Below, piece after piece: positions 48,255 through 59,938 of a stretch of 64,000 nt of DNA. Each line of letters starts with the position of its first letter. Position 1 is the first letter of the stretch. Location of the stretch: NCBI GenBank assembly GCA_944336125.1, contig CALVLA010000004.1, positions 12,784 through 76,783 on the forward strand, in the 5' to 3' direction. A program made the position numbers and the translations under genes. The notes beneath the pieces are model-generated. The model was not told the DNA's origin and made no database searches. It saw only the letters and a program-made list of their open reading frames with translations. Origin of the DNA: an uncultured Clostridia bacterium (GTDB lineage Bacteria > Bacillota > Clostridia > Christensenellales > CAG-314).

Positions 48255-49196
48255 TTATACATTTTTTAAAAAGTCTTTCACCAAACGGAGTTGGTCGTCG
48301 GCGCTGTTTCGGGTAAAAATCTCGTTCATAACGTTTTTAACGCCTCTGAGGCCTTTGAGGTAAACCGCGAGATGCTTTTTCATCTCGCAGGCGACGACTT
48401 TTTCGGGAAGAAATTCCAGCAAAACGTCATAGTGGGTGCAAATGTCGTCATACAAATTTTTTTCAAAAGGGACACCCAAAATGTCGGCGTATATGTATGG
48501 TTTTCCGACGGCGCCCCTTCCTATCGCGATACCGAAGGCGCCCGTGTATTGTTTTACGCGGTCTGCGTCTTCTTTGCTTTTTATGTCTCCGTTTGCGTAA
48601 ACGGGGTTTCCTGCCGCTTCCACTACACTACGAACGGTTTCCATGTCGGCTTGCCCCGTATACATCTGCTCGCGAGTCCTGCCATGCACCGTAACCGCCG
48701 ACGCGCCCGACTCAAAGCACATTTTCGCAAACTCGGGAGCGTTTACGTTGTTTTCGGTAAAACCTTTGCGAAATTTTACCGTGACGGGTTTTTTCGAGTG
48801 TTTTACCGTCTGCGAAATAACCTTTGAGGCAAGCGGCAAATCAAGCATAAGCGCGCTGCCGTCCCCGTTTTTAACCACCTTGTGAACGGGGCATCCCATA
48901 TTTATGTCAATTACGTCAAACTTTTGAATCTCGTCGTATCTGACCACTTCGGCAAAAACTTCGGGATCGTGTCCGAAAAGCTGAACAGCAACTTTGGACA
49001 CGCTGTTTTTTGGCATTCTTCCTTTCAGCAAATCAAATGCCACCCTGTTTTTTTGTTTCAGCGACATTGCCGACACCATTTCGGTAACGACAAGTCCGCA
49101 TCCGTACTTACAGCAAAGGTATCTGAATCCCGCGTCGGTGTACCCGGCAAGAGGCGCCTGCATTAACGGATTTGCCACAAAGGACTCAAACTTCAT
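48255..49196 (-). CDS. dusB: tRNA-dihydrouridine synthase (DusB-like)
   Basis: APLAGYTD, DINMGCP, TVHGRTR and ANGDI motifs. Confidence 0.9.
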   Translation of the reverse strand: MKFESFVANPLMQAPLAGYTDAGFRYLCCKYGCGLVVTEMVSAMSLKQKNRVAFDLLKGRMPKNSVSKVAVQLFGHDPEVFAEVVRYDEIQKFDVIDINMGCPVHKVVKNGDGSALMLDLPLASKVISQTVKHSKKPVTVKFRKGFTENNVNAPEFAKMCFESGASAVTVHGRTREQMYTGQADMETVRSVVEAAGNPVYANGDIKSKEDADRVKQYTGAFGIAIGRGAVGKPYIYADILGVPFEKNLYDDICTHYDVLLEFLPEKVVACEMKKHLAVYLKGLRGVKNVMNEIFTRNSADDQLRLVKDFLKNV

Positions 49197-50505
49197 TTTC
49201 CTTCTCCGCTTTTTCAAAACGGCTGACAAACCTTTCAACCTCGCCGTTCAATGCCACTTCGGGGTCCATGCCGCACTCTCTCGAAACGCTTGCCGCCTTA
49301 AACAAAAGCTTGCCCAAAAGTTTTTCCTTGTCCACTTGCGAAGCCGTTTTTAAAGCCTCGGTAATGTCCTCAAAGGAACAATCGTCTTCAATCAACTCAA
49401 AGTTCAGACCGCTTTTTAAACACCGTTTCTGCACCTTTGAAGCCCTCGTAAGAGAAGGCAGGCTTTTTGCCACCTTTTTCATGCTGTCCGAAACGGTGAC
49501 TGTTCCTTTTTCGACGGCTTTGTTTTTCTCCCAGACTTTCAGGGCTTCCTCGCTGCTTGCCGCCTTGTCATTTCCGAAAATGTGCGTGTGCCTGAAAATG
49601 AGCTTGTCGCAAAGACGGGTAAGCACTTCCTTTTCGTTAAACTCGCCGTTTTCCTCGGCAAGAGAAATGTGGAAGTATGATTGCAGCAGGTTGTCCCCCG
49701 TTTCTTCAACTATGTCCTCAATCACGCCGCTGTCTATAGCGTCCACCAGTTCGTAAGCTTCTTCGAGAACGTTTGGTCTCAAACTTTCGTGAGTCTGAGC
49801 CTTGTCCCACGGACAGCCGTTTTTGCCGCGTAAAACACGCAAAATTTCTTTAAGGTCGCTTACCTCAAAACTCTTTTTTTGCGTAAGGTTTTTCACTCCA
49901 ATGAAAACCGTAGTCTTTTCGTCGTATTTTTTGAGCCTGTCCAGTTCGTAAAGCAAAATCTTTTTAGGCCTTCCGTTTCCGAAAACTATTGCCTCGTCCT
50001 CTTCGTCAAAAAACTCAAACAGTTTTTCCTTTACCTCTGATGCCAAAAATTTATCGTCAAGCTCGGCAATTACGAGAGGAGTGTTTGTTGAAATGACTTT
50101 TGCGTTGAGCAAAGCCGTCGCGCAGAAAAACTGATAACCTTCGCACGGATATTTTTTCAACGCGTTTTCGCTTTGGGAAACTCCGGAAAAAACAGTTACC
50201 GAGTGCTTTTTCATAAGCCTCAACACGGTAGAGTCGTTTGAGCCGCTTCCGTTGACGCAAAAGACGATGTTTCCCTGCTGACTTGTCAAAAATTTTTCTA
50301 TCTTTTTGTCAAGGTCGGAAAAGTCATCTGCTTGGTCAAACAAAAAATCGCACGAAACAAATTGCACTCCGTTTTCCGCAAGAGTTTCGACGGTTGGAGT
50401 AAGCGCGGTTTTAACCACAACGACGTCCGCGCTTTTTACAACTTCAAGCCCTTCGAGAGTAATCTGATTTTTTTCGTTTCCGAGTCCGACGACGGAAAAT
50501 TTCAT
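49186..50505 (-). CDS. mazG: YabN-like tetrapyrrole methylase/MazG pyrophosphohydrolase
   Basis: N-terminal methylase-like domain; GCPWDKAQT, EEAYEL, EETGD and KLIFRH motifs. Confidence 0.88.
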   Translation of the reverse strand: MKFSVVGLGNEKNQITLEGLEVVKSADVVVVKTALTPTVETLAENGVQFVSCDFLFDQADDFSDLDKKIEKFLTSQQGNIVFCVNGSGSNDSTVLRLMKKHSVTVFSGVSQSENALKKYPCEGYQFFCATALLNAKVISTNTPLVIAELDDKFLASEVKEKLFEFFDEEDEAIVFGNGRPKKILLYELDRLKKYDEKTTVFIGVKNLTQKKSFEVSDLKEILRVLRGKNGCPWDKAQTHESLRPNVLEEAYELVDAIDSGVIEDIVEETGDNLLQSYFHISLAEENGEFNEKEVLTRLCDKLIFRHTHIFGNDKAASSEEALKVWEKNKAVEKGTVTVSDSMKKVAKSLPSLTRASKVQKRCLKSGLNFELIEDDCSFEDITEALKTASQVDKEKLLGKLLFKAASVSRECGMDPEVALNGEVERFVSRFEKAEKENEV

Positions 50506-52097
50506 TTTTCGTTTTCTCCGTACATTTTTTTAAGATACCGACCCACAACGGGAAGTCTCTCGGCTTCGGATTTGTCAAACACTTTGAGAAGCACCGTCAT
50601 CACGAAATAAATCAATCCGCCAAATGCGATAAGCACAAAAACCGCCGCGGCATTTGGCAAAAAATGCTGCGCGATGTTTCTCACCGCCATAAGGAACACC
50701 GTCATAACAAGGGTGCAGGCAAGCGGTTTAAACAATGTTTCCGAAAGGCTTAAAGGTATCTTTTGTACGTAAACAATATACAACAAATCACCCGAACACG
50801 CAACAAAATAGCAAATTACGCTACTGAGCGGCGCGCCGAAAATTCCTACCGAAGGATTTTTTAAAAGCAGTACGCAGCATACTGTTTTTACCACCGTGGC
50901 TCCGAACAAAAACAACACGGGAGCGTAAAGCCTGCCGCCTGCCTGCAATAGTGCGGTGGACGTTTGCACAAGGGACAAAAACAATATGCTTGCTCCCGCC
51001 GCAACCACCATATGCGAAGCGAGGGAAATTTCCTCGTGACTAAGTCCGCCGTAAAGCAATTTGGTCACAGGGTATGCCAACACGATGAGCCCCGCCACAC
51101 AAGGAAGCCCCACCGCAGTTGTCAGTTTTACCGAAAAAGCGGCCTTTTTCGCGGCTCCGTCAAAATCGTCTTTTGCGTAATGCTCGGACACGGCGGGAAC
51201 GATAGCGGTAGCTATTCCCAAAGTCAAGACCACCGGCATGTTGAGAAGCGAATGTACGGGTCCCGCCCACAAGCCGTAAAGCTCGGTAGCGTTTGTTTGC
51301 TTTATGATGTTAAGCACAAGCACGCTGTCAACAAGCTGAGTAAGCGGAATGATAAGTCCGCTCAAAGTAATAGGCAAACACAAAAGCAGCAGCCTTTTTA
51401 ATGTCGGCTTTACTTTAAAATCACTTTTTACCTCAACCGTATTAAATTGCTTGTCTTTGCGCTTGAAATACAAAACGGCAAGAAAAATCGCCGCGGCAAG
51501 TTCGCTCAAAGTAACCGCCAGCACCGCGCCGTTTACCGCTTTCAAAACGTCGGGCATAAACTTAACGGCGCAGTAAAGCCCGACGCTCATTTTCACCACC
51601 TGCTCGATGATTTGAGAAAGAGCGGTAGGTGTCATGTGCAACAGACCCTGAAAATAGCCTCTGTAAGCAGATATGACGCATACGAGAAAAACCGCAGGGC
51701 TTATCAGTTTGTATGCCAAGGAAGCGTCTGCGTTACCCTGCATTGCGGCGATTGAATCTGAAAGCACAAACAAAAGCAGCGAGCAAACCAACCCCAAAAC
51801 GGAAAGCGCCGCAAGAGAAAGCGAAAAAATTCTTTTTGCGGCATACCTGTCGCCTACAGCCGTTTTTTCCGCCACAAGCTTCGACACCGCGACGGGAATA
51901 CCCGCCGTCGAAATTGTGAGCAAAAGAGAAAACAGCGGAAACACCAGCTGATAAATGCCCATGCCGTAACTTCCCACTACGTTAGTTAGAGGAATACGGT
52001 AAAAAGCGCCCAAAAGTTTGGCAACAAAGCCTCCGACGCTTAAAATAAAAATACTTTTGACGAAACCGCCGCTGTTTTTGTTTGATGTTTTTTCCAT
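50502..52097 (-). CDS. SpoVB/YabM-like polysaccharide flippase (MOP family)
   Basis: KLLGAFYRIPL, RGYFQG and SQIIEQ motifs; about 14 TM; between spoVT and yabN. Confidence 0.87.
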   Translation of the reverse strand: MEKTSNKNSGGFVKSIFILSVGGFVAKLLGAFYRIPLTNVVGSYGMGIYQLVFPLFSLLLTISTAGIPVAVSKLVAEKTAVGDRYAAKRIFSLSLAALSVLGLVCSLLLFVLSDSIAAMQGNADASLAYKLISPAVFLVCVISAYRGYFQGLLHMTPTALSQIIEQVVKMSVGLYCAVKFMPDVLKAVNGAVLAVTLSELAAAIFLAVLYFKRKDKQFNTVEVKSDFKVKPTLKRLLLLCLPITLSGLIIPLTQLVDSVLVLNIIKQTNATELYGLWAGPVHSLLNMPVVLTLGIATAIVPAVSEHYAKDDFDGAAKKAAFSVKLTTAVGLPCVAGLIVLAYPVTKLLYGGLSHEEISLASHMVVAAGASILFLSLVQTSTALLQAGGRLYAPVLFLFGATVVKTVCCVLLLKNPSVGIFGAPLSSVICYFVACSGDLLYIVYVQKIPLSLSETLFKPLACTLVMTVFLMAVRNIAQHFLPNAAAVFVLIAFGGLIYFVMTVLLKVFDKSEAERLPVVGRYLKKMYGENEK

Positions 52098-52133
52098 AAA
52101 GTTATTTTATGCCTCGCATTTACTCAAAAGAAG

Positions 52134-52640
52134 TCAACAAACCTGTTGTGCGAGAACATCACAGCAAAACATCGTCAGCTTTTTGTCGGCAAAGGAAATT
52201 TCTTCTTTTGAAAACACGGCAAAAATGCCGATAAGATCGCCTTCCTTGATAAGCGGAGCGCAAAAAGCAAATTTTTCAACGCCGAACATTTCAAGGCAGC
52301 TTTTTTTGTCGCATTCAAAAGGCTGCCTCAGCTCAAATTTGTGAAAAAACGCATCGGTAAAATTCAAATTAAATTCTTCCTGCGACAAAAACAAAATTTT
52401 TTCCGAACCGTCAAAAAAACACACCGAAAGCCCCGTGTTTCTGAACAGGGTTTTTCCGATGTTTTTGATTTCCTGCTTGTTGTTTGCCGCCACCGAATAT
52501 TTTTTGAACAAAAGCGTGTCCCCTTCCACGAAAATTTCCAAAGGAGTGCCCTCTTTAATTTTCAAAATAGTGCGGATTTCTTTGGGAATAACGACTCTTC
52601 CGAGCTCGTCAACCCTTCGTGTCATACCCGTTTCTTTCAT
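52134..52640 (-). CDS. spoVT: Stage V sporulation protein T (AbrB-type N-terminus)
   Basis: MKETGMTRRVDELGRVVIPKEIR motif plus a GAF-like C-terminus; synteny. Confidence 0.8.
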   Translation of the reverse strand: MKETGMTRRVDELGRVVIPKEIRTILKIKEGTPLEIFVEGDTLLFKKYSVAANNKQEIKNIGKTLFRNTGLSVCFFDGSEKILFLSQEEFNLNFTDAFFHKFELRQPFECDKKSCLEMFGVEKFAFCAPLIKEGDLIGIFAVFSKEEISFADKKLTMFCCDVLAQQVC

Positions 52641-52757
52641 ATCAACTCCCGTGTAAACTTAAAATTAGTTTCTGTTTCACGGCGGAAAATATGCAAAAAG
52701 CCCCGAAAGTTGTTTCGGGGCAAAACAAAACCCCGAAAAAATCGGGGTTGAAAGTTT

Positions 52758-54491
52758 TTAATCGAGTTTGACGCCGAGAGTGTCGGTGTAACCTTTGATG
52801 ACGTTGTTGTTGATGACAAGCTGTCTGGATGAATCGGTGCCGTCCTGATACAGTTTGTAAAGAGCATCTATCTCGTCGTTAAGGAGTGCTTCCTTTACTT
52901 CGCTGTAAATCGCTTGATAGAAACGGAAACTTGCGCTACCGCCTTCGATGCCGTAGTCAAAACGGTTTTCCCATGAAATGTTGTCGGCTTCCACAACGCC
53001 GTCGTTAAAGATGAGGTGAATACCGTAGTCGGTAATAGCAAAGGTAGCGTTGTCGCTGCCGTTGACAAGCGATCTTGCCGCCGCAACAAATTCAGGAACA
53101 AAGGATTCGTCGCTTCCCGTCATCGTGCTTGCGTTTTTGGAAACAACATAGCTGCGAACAGGGTTTTGCATACCGCCGTCGGTGTTGTATTTGTAAGTCC
53201 AGTCGACAAACGTTCCTCTGTCTACGGTAGCAAGGCTCACGCCGTTAAATGTGGAGGAATCGATAATATCGAGTACGCTGATTAAAGTTTCAACACCCTT
53301 ATCGTCGTCGGTGTAATCTTTAACTTCGATTTGTTTAGCGAGGTTGTATCTGTAAGCTTCGTAAGCCGCGCTGTCGCTTCCGTAAAGAGTTTTAGCTCTT
53401 TCGAGGTCTTTGGACTGTTCGTCGGAGAACGGAATGAGAATGCTTCTTACGTAGTAGAATTCGCCTTGATACTGTTCAGGAACGTAATACACAAAAGCGT
53501 CGTCGGAAAGACTCATGATATAATCTTTAAATGCGCTTGCCGACTGCGAGAAAGCGTTTTTAGCCTGCTGCGTAAGGTTTTCAAGACGGGTTTCGAAAAT
53601 TTGCTGAGAGATAAGTTCTTCGCTTATATACTCGCCTGACATTTTGTAAAGCTGAGCATAGAAAAGTTCAGACAAAATCTGTTCTTCGATGGCATAAACG
53701 AAATATTCGTCCATGGACATGCTCTTTTTGTTTTTGATATTTTTGGTTGTCTGATTTACCGCTGCTTTTTGAGCTTCGATGTAATCGGCTACGGTAATGT
53801 CCTCCTCCCCTTCTTCCTTAACCTGTCTTTCAACAAGGTCGGCAACGATTTCTTTAACTCTTTCGTCGTTTTCGTCAAAAACGTATTTTACTGTTTTGAA
53901 GTCCTGAGCAGGGTAATCGGCGAGAGCCTTATCAAGAGCCTTAACGTCCTTGTAGCTGTCTTCGTCGACAGGAGTCCACTTATTTTTTCCGGTTTCGGAT
54001 TCGGTTCTGTCAATCATGGAAGGTTTTTCGGTAGTATCGTCTTCTTCGAAAGTAAAGTCTGCCGAAAGTTCCTGCAAGGTAAGTTCGTCAAGTGCCTGAT
54101 AGAAAGCGACATAAACGGATTTTTGAATATAAACGAGCATATCGTCGTCGAAGTATTCGCCGTTTTTGTAAGTTTTAGCGAGTTCCGACTGATTTTTAGT
54201 TGCGGTAAATCCAAGTTTATATTCGCTAATTAAAACTTTTTGTTGAACAAAGGCAGGGAACAGATTGTCCCAAACGGACTGAACGCTCTGACCCTGTTGG
54301 ACGTATTGCGTACCGTTGTTGTCAAAGTAGTCGATGATTTCGCCCAAAGTAACGACTTCGGTGCCTACCGTCATAGCTTCCTGAGCGCGGTATCTTTCTT
54401 GGTTAAGAACGAAAAGGCCGCAGCCCACGAGGAAAGTGAGACAAAATATAGCGACGGCGATCAAACTGATAAGTTTTTTAAATTTGGCCAT
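52758..54491 (-). CDS. PrsA/SurA-like lipoprotein foldase
   Basis: Lipobox LVGC; VRSILI, FVPEF and TDYGIHLI parvulin-like motifs; located between mfd and spoVT. Confidence 0.7.
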   Translation of the reverse strand: MAKFKKLISLIAVAIFCLTFLVGCGLFVLNQERYRAQEAMTVGTEVVTLGEIIDYFDNNGTQYVQQGQSVQSVWDNLFPAFVQQKVLISEYKLGFTATKNQSELAKTYKNGEYFDDDMLVYIQKSVYVAFYQALDELTLQELSADFTFEEDDTTEKPSMIDRTESETGKNKWTPVDEDSYKDVKALDKALADYPAQDFKTVKYVFDENDERVKEIVADLVERQVKEEGEEDITVADYIEAQKAAVNQTTKNIKNKKSMSMDEYFVYAIEEQILSELFYAQLYKMSGEYISEELISQQIFETRLENLTQQAKNAFSQSASAFKDYIMSLSDDAFVYYVPEQYQGEFYYVRSILIPFSDEQSKDLERAKTLYGSDSAAYEAYRYNLAKQIEVKDYTDDDKGVETLISVLDIIDSSTFNGVSLATVDRGTFVDWTYKYNTDGGMQNPVRSYVVSKNASTMTGSDESFVPEFVAAARSLVNGSDNATFAITDYGIHLIFNDGVVEADNISWENRFDYGIEGGSASFRFYQAIYSEVKEALLNDEIDALYKLYQDGTDSSRQLVINNNVIKGYTDTLGVKLD

Positions 54492-54554
54492 AATGTACTC
54501 CATAAAATGTATCGGTTAAGATTATACTAAAAAATAAAACTTTTGGCAATAAAT

Positions 54555-57500
54555 TTAACCGTTTTTAGGCAACGTCAAATCGACGAAGTCGGCAACTTTG
54601 TCGAACATTCTTTCCATAGACTCGCCGCCCTGCTGAAAAACGACGGAAAGTTTGTGAGTAACGTCGAGTTTTGCGATGTTTTTGAATTTTTCGAGGGCGT
54701 CGAAAACCTCCTGCCTTTGAAGATAAGACGTATTTTCGAAGGAAACGCAAATGTTTTTAGGGCGTATGACAACTTCGTTAATGCCTGATTCGGAGGCTTT
54801 TTGCTTGAGAAGCGAAAGCGAAATAAGGTTGATGACCTGTTTAGGAGGCGCGCCGTAAATGTCGGTAATTTCCTCCCGCAGTTCTTCCGCCTCTTCGTAA
54901 GTCGATATTTCCGCCAAACGCTGATAGAACGCCATCCTGCTTTCGCTGTCCTCGATGTAGCTTCCCGCAGTTGCGTCGATAGCCACGTCCATGACGGTGT
55001 CCACTTTGGCTTTGACTTTTTCGCCTTTGAGTTCTCCGACGGCTTCTTCCAAAAGCTTGCAGTACATGTCGTAACCGACTTTTTCCATGTGTCCGTGCTG
55101 CTCGCGACCCAAAACGTTTCCCGCGCCCCTTATTTCGAGGTCACGCATGGCTATTTTAAAGCCGCTGCCAAGCTCGGTGTATTCCAAAATGGAGTTGAGC
55201 CTTTTGTATGCCACGTCGGTCAGAACCTTGTTTTCACGGTACATAAAGTAAGCGAAAGCGCGCCTGTTGCTTCGCCCCACCCTACCCCTGAGCTGATAAA
55301 GCTGACTTAAGCCGAAGTTGTCGGAGTCGTAAACTATGAGGGTGTTGGCGTTTGGTATGTCTATGCCGTTTTCGATTATGGCGGAGCTTACCAAAACGTC
55401 GTAGTTGCCGTAAGTGAAGTCGTAAATGTTTTTTTCCAGTTCGCCTTCCTTCATCTGACCGTGAGCGATTACAAAACGGAAAGTCGGCATAAGCTCCTTC
55501 AGATGAGCGGTAAACCTTTCTATCGTCTCCACCCTGTTGTAGATGAGGAATGCCTGTCCTCCCCTGTTTATCTCACGGGTAATTACGTCGGTAAGCAGGG
55601 TGTCGGTACTTTCAAGCACGTAAGTTTCGACAGGCAGCCTGTCCTTAGGCGGCGACTGAATAATGCTTATGTCCCTCATGCCTGTGAGAGCCATGTGCAG
55701 TGTACGCGGAATAGGCGTTGCGGACAAGGTAAGCACGTCCACGTTGTTTTTGAGGTTTTTTATGCTTTCCTTTGCCTCGACGCCGAAACGCTGTTCCTCG
55801 TCGAGAATGAGAAGTCCCAAATCTTTGAATTTGACGTCCTTGCTCAAAAGCCTGTGAGTGCCGCAAATAAGCTCCGCCTCGCCGCTTTCCACTTTTTTCA
55901 AAATTTCTTTTTGCTCCTTCGCGGAACGGAACCTGTTGAGACACGCGGTTTTCACACCGAACTGTTCCATCCTTTTGGAGGCGGTTTTAAAATGCTGCTC
56001 GGCAAGAATAGTCGTCGGCGAAAGAAACGCCACCTGCTTGCCTGCCGAAATGACCTTGAAAGCGGCGCGCAAAGCGACTTCCGTCTTTCCGTAGCCCACG
56101 TCGCCGCAGATAAGACGGTCCATGATTTTTTCGCCGGTAAGGTCGTCGTTTATTTGTTTTATACATTTAAGCTGGTCTTCCGTTTCGGTGTACGGAAAGG
56201 ATTTTGCAAAAGCCTCTTCCAAAAATCCGTCGGAAGGATAGGAAAAACCTCTGGCATGCTCCCTTGCGGCGTAAAGCTTCAACAAATCGAAAGCCATCTC
56301 TTTGAGGTTGGCTTTTACTTTTGCCTTTACCTTTTCGAAGTCGTCGCCCCCGAGCTTGCTGAGCTTAGGCGTTTTTTCGCTTCCCGAGTATTTTGTCAAA
56401 AGGTTTGACGAATCTACGGGAACGTACAAAGTATCGTCGTTTTTGTATTTTACTTCGATAAAATCCTTGGTGCCGAAGCTTCCCGTCATGGAAACTATGC
56501 CCTTGCACAAACCGATACCGTGTACTTCGTGTACGACGTAATCGCCAATGTCGGGAGTGGTGAAAACCTTGTCGTTTGCTTTTTTAACTTTCTTTTTGGC
56601 AGTCTGTTTCGGGAAAAGGTCATATGCTCCGACAAACACCTTTTTGTCGTCGTGGTCTACAAAGCCGTAAAGGAGATTGTCGCAAAATATATTAAGCCCG
56701 TTTAAAGACAAATCGGCGGACTGCAACACGGGAGCCGAAAGCCTGAACCCTTCAAGCGTTTGAGAAAGTCTTTCGCCGGCTTCGGCATTTCCCGCAAAAA
56801 GCGATACCGAATAACCTCCCACAAGCCAGTTGTTAATGTCGTCGCATAAAAACTCGGGCTTGTTTTGATAGCCTACAACAGGCGACGATTTCACGTTTAC
56901 CGTTTCGGAAGAAGCGAAAAACACGTTTGACGAAGTAACGCCCTGAAAAGCCAGCTGCCCGAAACAGCCGAAAAGACCGATAACGGCGTTTTTGTCAACA
57001 AGTTGTTTTACGCTTTCCGGCAAAACTTCCCCCTTTGAAAGAAGATATGCCATACGCTGAAAATGCTCGGCATAAATTGCCGAAAGCCTGTCGGCAAGCT
57101 GTTTAGGCTCGTCCCACACCACAACCGTGTCTTTGGGAAGATAATCGCACAACGTACTGGTTTTCACAAACGGCATAAGCCACGAGTTGGAAAAGTCGCC
57201 GTTGTCCAAAGCCGAAAAGGCATCTTCGGCAACAGTTTTGAGACGGTTTTCGCCGTTGGCGTCGAGCTTTTGCCTTGACAGTGAGTAAAACACCTGTTCT
57301 TTGACTTGGTCGGCGTCAAAGTCGGAAGCAAAAAACTGGTTGAGGGGTATGATTTGAGCTTGGTCTATTTTTTCGATTGATTTTTTCGTCAGCTTGTCGA
57401 AAATCCTCACGTCGTCTATTTCGTCGCCGAAAAACTCGATACGAACGGGATTTTCATGCGAAGGACAAAATACATCGAGTATGTCGCCTTTTCGCGAAAA

Positions 57501-57989
57501 CTCTCCCACAGACGTGATTTGTTCGCTCCTGCGGTATCCTGCCGCCACGAGTTTTTGCACCACTTCGAAAATGTCCGCCGTCATTCCCTTTTTCAAAATC
57601 AAAGAGGAGTCGAAAAAGCTTTTGACGTTCGGGTAAAGCTGGCAAAGGCTTTCGACGGTGGTAACAATGCCGTTTAATCCCTTTTTGATGTCGAAAAGGG
57701 TGGCGTTTCGCTGCGCCCTGACAGAGGCTGATGAGCCTTTGTTGCTCAACAAAACTTCGTCTCGGAAGGTAAGGTACTCAAATCCCCCTTTCAAGGCGTT
57801 GAGCTGCCGCAAAACTTCCTGCGCCTGAATAAAGTCGCCCACGACGTACAAAACAAAGGCATCCATGGTGGAAACCGCCGCAGGTTTTTGATTTTGGCAC
57901 ACGCCGAAAACCGCGGTATTTTTTTTACCGCGGAGGTTGTCGTTTATTTTTTTGAAACAGTTTAAATTTTTGAATTGTCGATAAAGCAT
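54555..57989 (-). CDS. mfd: Transcription-repair coupling factor
   Basis: CarD domain, [26 protein letters not shown] and TRCF domain. Confidence 0.98.
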   Translation of the reverse strand: MLYRQFKNLNCFKKINDNLRGKKNTAVFGVCQNQKPAAVSTMDAFVLYVVGDFIQAQEVLRQLNALKGGFEYLTFRDEVLLSNKGSSASVRAQRNATLFDIKKGLNGIVTTVESLCQLYPNVKSFFDSSLILKKGMTADIFEVVQKLVAAGYRRSEQITSVGEFSRKGDILDVFCPSHENPVRIEFFGDEIDDVRIFDKLTKKSIEKIDQAQIIPLNQFFASDFDADQVKEQVFYSLSRQKLDANGENRLKTVAEDAFSALDNGDFSNSWLMPFVKTSTLCDYLPKDTVVVWDEPKQLADRLSAIYAEHFQRMAYLLSKGEVLPESVKQLVDKNAVIGLFGCFGQLAFQGVTSSNVFFASSETVNVKSSPVVGYQNKPEFLCDDINNWLVGGYSVSLFAGNAEAGERLSQTLEGFRLSAPVLQSADLSLNGLNIFCDNLLYGFVDHDDKKVFVGAYDLFPKQTAKKKVKKANDKVFTTPDIGDYVVHEVHGIGLCKGIVSMTGSFGTKDFIEVKYKNDDTLYVPVDSSNLLTKYSGSEKTPKLSKLGGDDFEKVKAKVKANLKEMAFDLLKLYAAREHARGFSYPSDGFLEEAFAKSFPYTETEDQLKCIKQINDDLTGEKIMDRLICGDVGYGKTEVALRAAFKVISAGKQVAFLSPTTILAEQHFKTASKRMEQFGVKTACLNRFRSAKEQKEILKKVESGEAELICGTHRLLSKDVKFKDLGLLILDEEQRFGVEAKESIKNLKNNVDVLTLSATPIPRTLHMALTGMRDISIIQSPPKDRLPVETYVLESTDTLLTDVITREINRGGQAFLIYNRVETIERFTAHLKELMPTFRFVIAHGQMKEGELEKNIYDFTYGNYDVLVSSAIIENGIDIPNANTLIVYDSDNFGLSQLYQLRGRVGRSNRRAFAYFMYRENKVLTDVAYKRLNSILEYTELGSGFKIAMRDLEIRGAGNVLGREQHGHMEKVGYDMYCKLLEEAVGELKGEKVKAKVDTVMDVAIDATAGSYIEDSESRMAFYQRLAEISTYEEAEELREEITDIYGAPPKQVINLISLSLLKQKASESGINEVVIRPKNICVSFENTSYLQRQEVFDALEKFKNIAKLDVTHKLSVVFQQGGESMERMFDKVADFVDLTLPKNG

Positions 57990-57998
57990 TTAAACAAA

Positions 57999-58565
57999 TT
58001 ATTTAACGTTGTGTTTTTGCATTATTTTTTGCATAGGTTCGCCGTGGCAAAACATTTCCAAAGCGTCGCAAAGCCCCTCAAAAACCTTGTCGAGGGCTTG
58101 TCTGTCGTCGGCAGGAACATGCGACAAAACGTAGTCCTTAAGTTCGTGAGGAGCGTTTTTGTTTTTAATTCCCACACGCATACGCGCGAAGTTTTGAGTA
58201 CCCACGCAGGAAACGATGTTTCTCATTCCGTTGTGAGTGCCCGCGCTGCCGTTTTCGCGGATACGCAGCGCGCCGATAGGCAAATCCACGTCGTCGTAAA
58301 CTATGACGAAATTTTCCTGCGGAATTTTGTATTTTGCGGTAAGCGAAATTACGCTTTCACCCGACAGATTCATATATGTTTGCGGTTTTGCCAAAATGAC
58401 TTTTTCCCCGTCCACGAAAATGTGCGAAGTTTTTGCCTTGCACTCGCTTTTTGAAAAAGTCGCGCCGTGTTTTTTGGCAAACTCGTCAATTGCCATAAAT
58501 CCGACGTTGTGAAAAGTGTTTTCATATGGTTTGCCGGGATTTCCCAAACCGACGATAAGATACAT
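57999..58565 (-). CDS. pth: Peptidyl-tRNA hydrolase
   Basis: IVGLGNPG, HNVGF, KPQTYMN and GTHNGMR motifs. Confidence 0.97.
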   Translation of the reverse strand: MYLIVGLGNPGKPYENTFHNVGFMAIDEFAKKHGATFSKSECKAKTSHIFVDGEKVILAKPQTYMNLSGESVISLTAKYKIPQENFVIVYDDVDLPIGALRIRENGSAGTHNGMRNIVSCVGTQNFARMRVGIKNKNAPHELKDYVLSHVPADDRQALDKVFEGLCDALEMFCHGEPMQKIMQKHNVK

Positions 58566-58577
58566 AGTGTTACCTCT

Positions 58578-59792
58578 TTAAATTTCCCCTGCGTCAAGGA
58601 TACCCTCCTGACACAAAAAGTCAAGCATCGAGCCGTATGAATAAACTTCGGCGGCGCACTTCACGCTTTTTAACAATATCTCGGAAGACACTGTTTTTTC
58701 AGCCGTTGCCTTAATGCCGTCAAAGCATTTTTCCAGATATGCAAAAAGGTTTTGCCTCTCTTTTTCAAAATTGCCGTCGATGTCTTTCCACCCTTCGCCG
58801 CATAGGCAATCTATACCGAATTCGTTTTTGAGCGTTTCCGCGTGAATAAGGCAATTTTTGCCCAAAGTCAAAAAACTTTTTTCCGTCAGCACAAGGCGGT
58901 AAATTTCGCCCAAAGCCAAGGTGGTCGTAGGCGCGAGGATTTTTTCGTCCAAAGCGGTTTTGCCTCGCAAAAGGTTTGTGACGGCGTTTACTGCACCAAA
59001 AAACTCTGTTTTTGATTTTGAAAGACTTTTTATCAGCGACACGCGTATTAACGCCGACAAAAGCATGGTCAATGCCTTTTTGTCAAACTCAAAAAAGGAA
59101 AGTTTTTTAACGGACAACAGGGTTTTGAGTATTGCTTCGCGAAGTTTTTCGCACCCCTTTACGCCAAACACCTTTTCCCTGAAAAAGTCGTCAAAAACGG
59201 CAAGACAGTTTCGCAAGGCGATGAAAATGCATTTTGCGTCGTCGGCTTTTCTCAGTCGAAAGGCAAGGTTCACATCGCAAAGCAAAACGTCGGGGGAACG
59301 TCCGTCAAAAATGCTTTTTACTCCGTTGTCCCACAAAAAAGCCCTGTCCGAAAGCATGTCGTCGGTGTCGGGGCGCACGCAAAGGAAAATCCACTGCGAC
59401 TGCCTTTTTGCCGAAATATATTTGCCTGCTTCCGCCGCGTCTCTTCCGCCCACGAAAACAAGCGACTGCGCCTCCTCGGGGATTTCGCTTTCCGCCGTAT
59501 CGCATATTTCTTTTGTCAAAAAAGGCTTTTTGTCAAGTACAGAAAATGAAAAACCGTAAGATTTGTCGATTTTTTTAAGCACGTCATCTTTAATTTTCTC
59601 AAAAATCTCCTTTTCAAAAACGACGTGAAAGACTTTTCCCGTTTTTTTGAGAAAAAAAGGCAACAACGAAAGGGCGTCGTCACGCAAAACGACGTCTTTT
59701 ACACTGACGGAATGTCTGTTTCCGCACGAACACTTGAAACTGATGCCGCCCAAATCAGCAAGGGCGGTTTTGTTAAGTCTGTCGGCAAACAT
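58578..59792 (-). CDS. Divergent glycerol-1-phosphate dehydrogenase (AraM/EgsA)-like protein
   Basis: N-terminal CSCGNRH; FVGG..A.KY; LLCD; the canonical Gly-rich and His motifs are degenerate. Confidence 0.55.
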   Translation of the reverse strand: MFADRLNKTALADLGGISFKCSCGNRHSVSVKDVVLRDDALSLLPFFLKKTGKVFHVVFEKEIFEKIKDDVLKKIDKSYGFSFSVLDKKPFLTKEICDTAESEIPEEAQSLVFVGGRDAAEAGKYISAKRQSQWIFLCVRPDTDDMLSDRAFLWDNGVKSIFDGRSPDVLLCDVNLAFRLRKADDAKCIFIALRNCLAVFDDFFREKVFGVKGCEKLREAILKTLLSVKKLSFFEFDKKALTMLLSALIRVSLIKSLSKSKTEFFGAVNAVTNLLRGKTALDEKILAPTTTLALGEIYRLVLTEKSFLTLGKNCLIHAETLKNEFGIDCLCGEGWKDIDGNFEKERQNLFAYLEKCFDGIKATAEKTVSSEILLKSVKCAAEVYSYGSMLDFLCQEGILDAGEI

Positions 59793-59938
59793 ATCTTAAA
59801 AAATTTTAACACTTAACCGCCTTTTTTGCAAACGATAAAAAAGGTCGAAAAGTAATGAAAAAACCGACATCGAGGGTCAAAAGTCTCAAAGTCGGCAAAA
59901 AAAGAAACCGTGAATAATCACGGTTTCGTAAAAAACAA

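Noticed and set aside
59860-59936. Hairpins downstream of rplQ as an L17 downstream element
   Set aside because: Adequately explained as a terminator plus a weak second hairpin; no recognisable motif.
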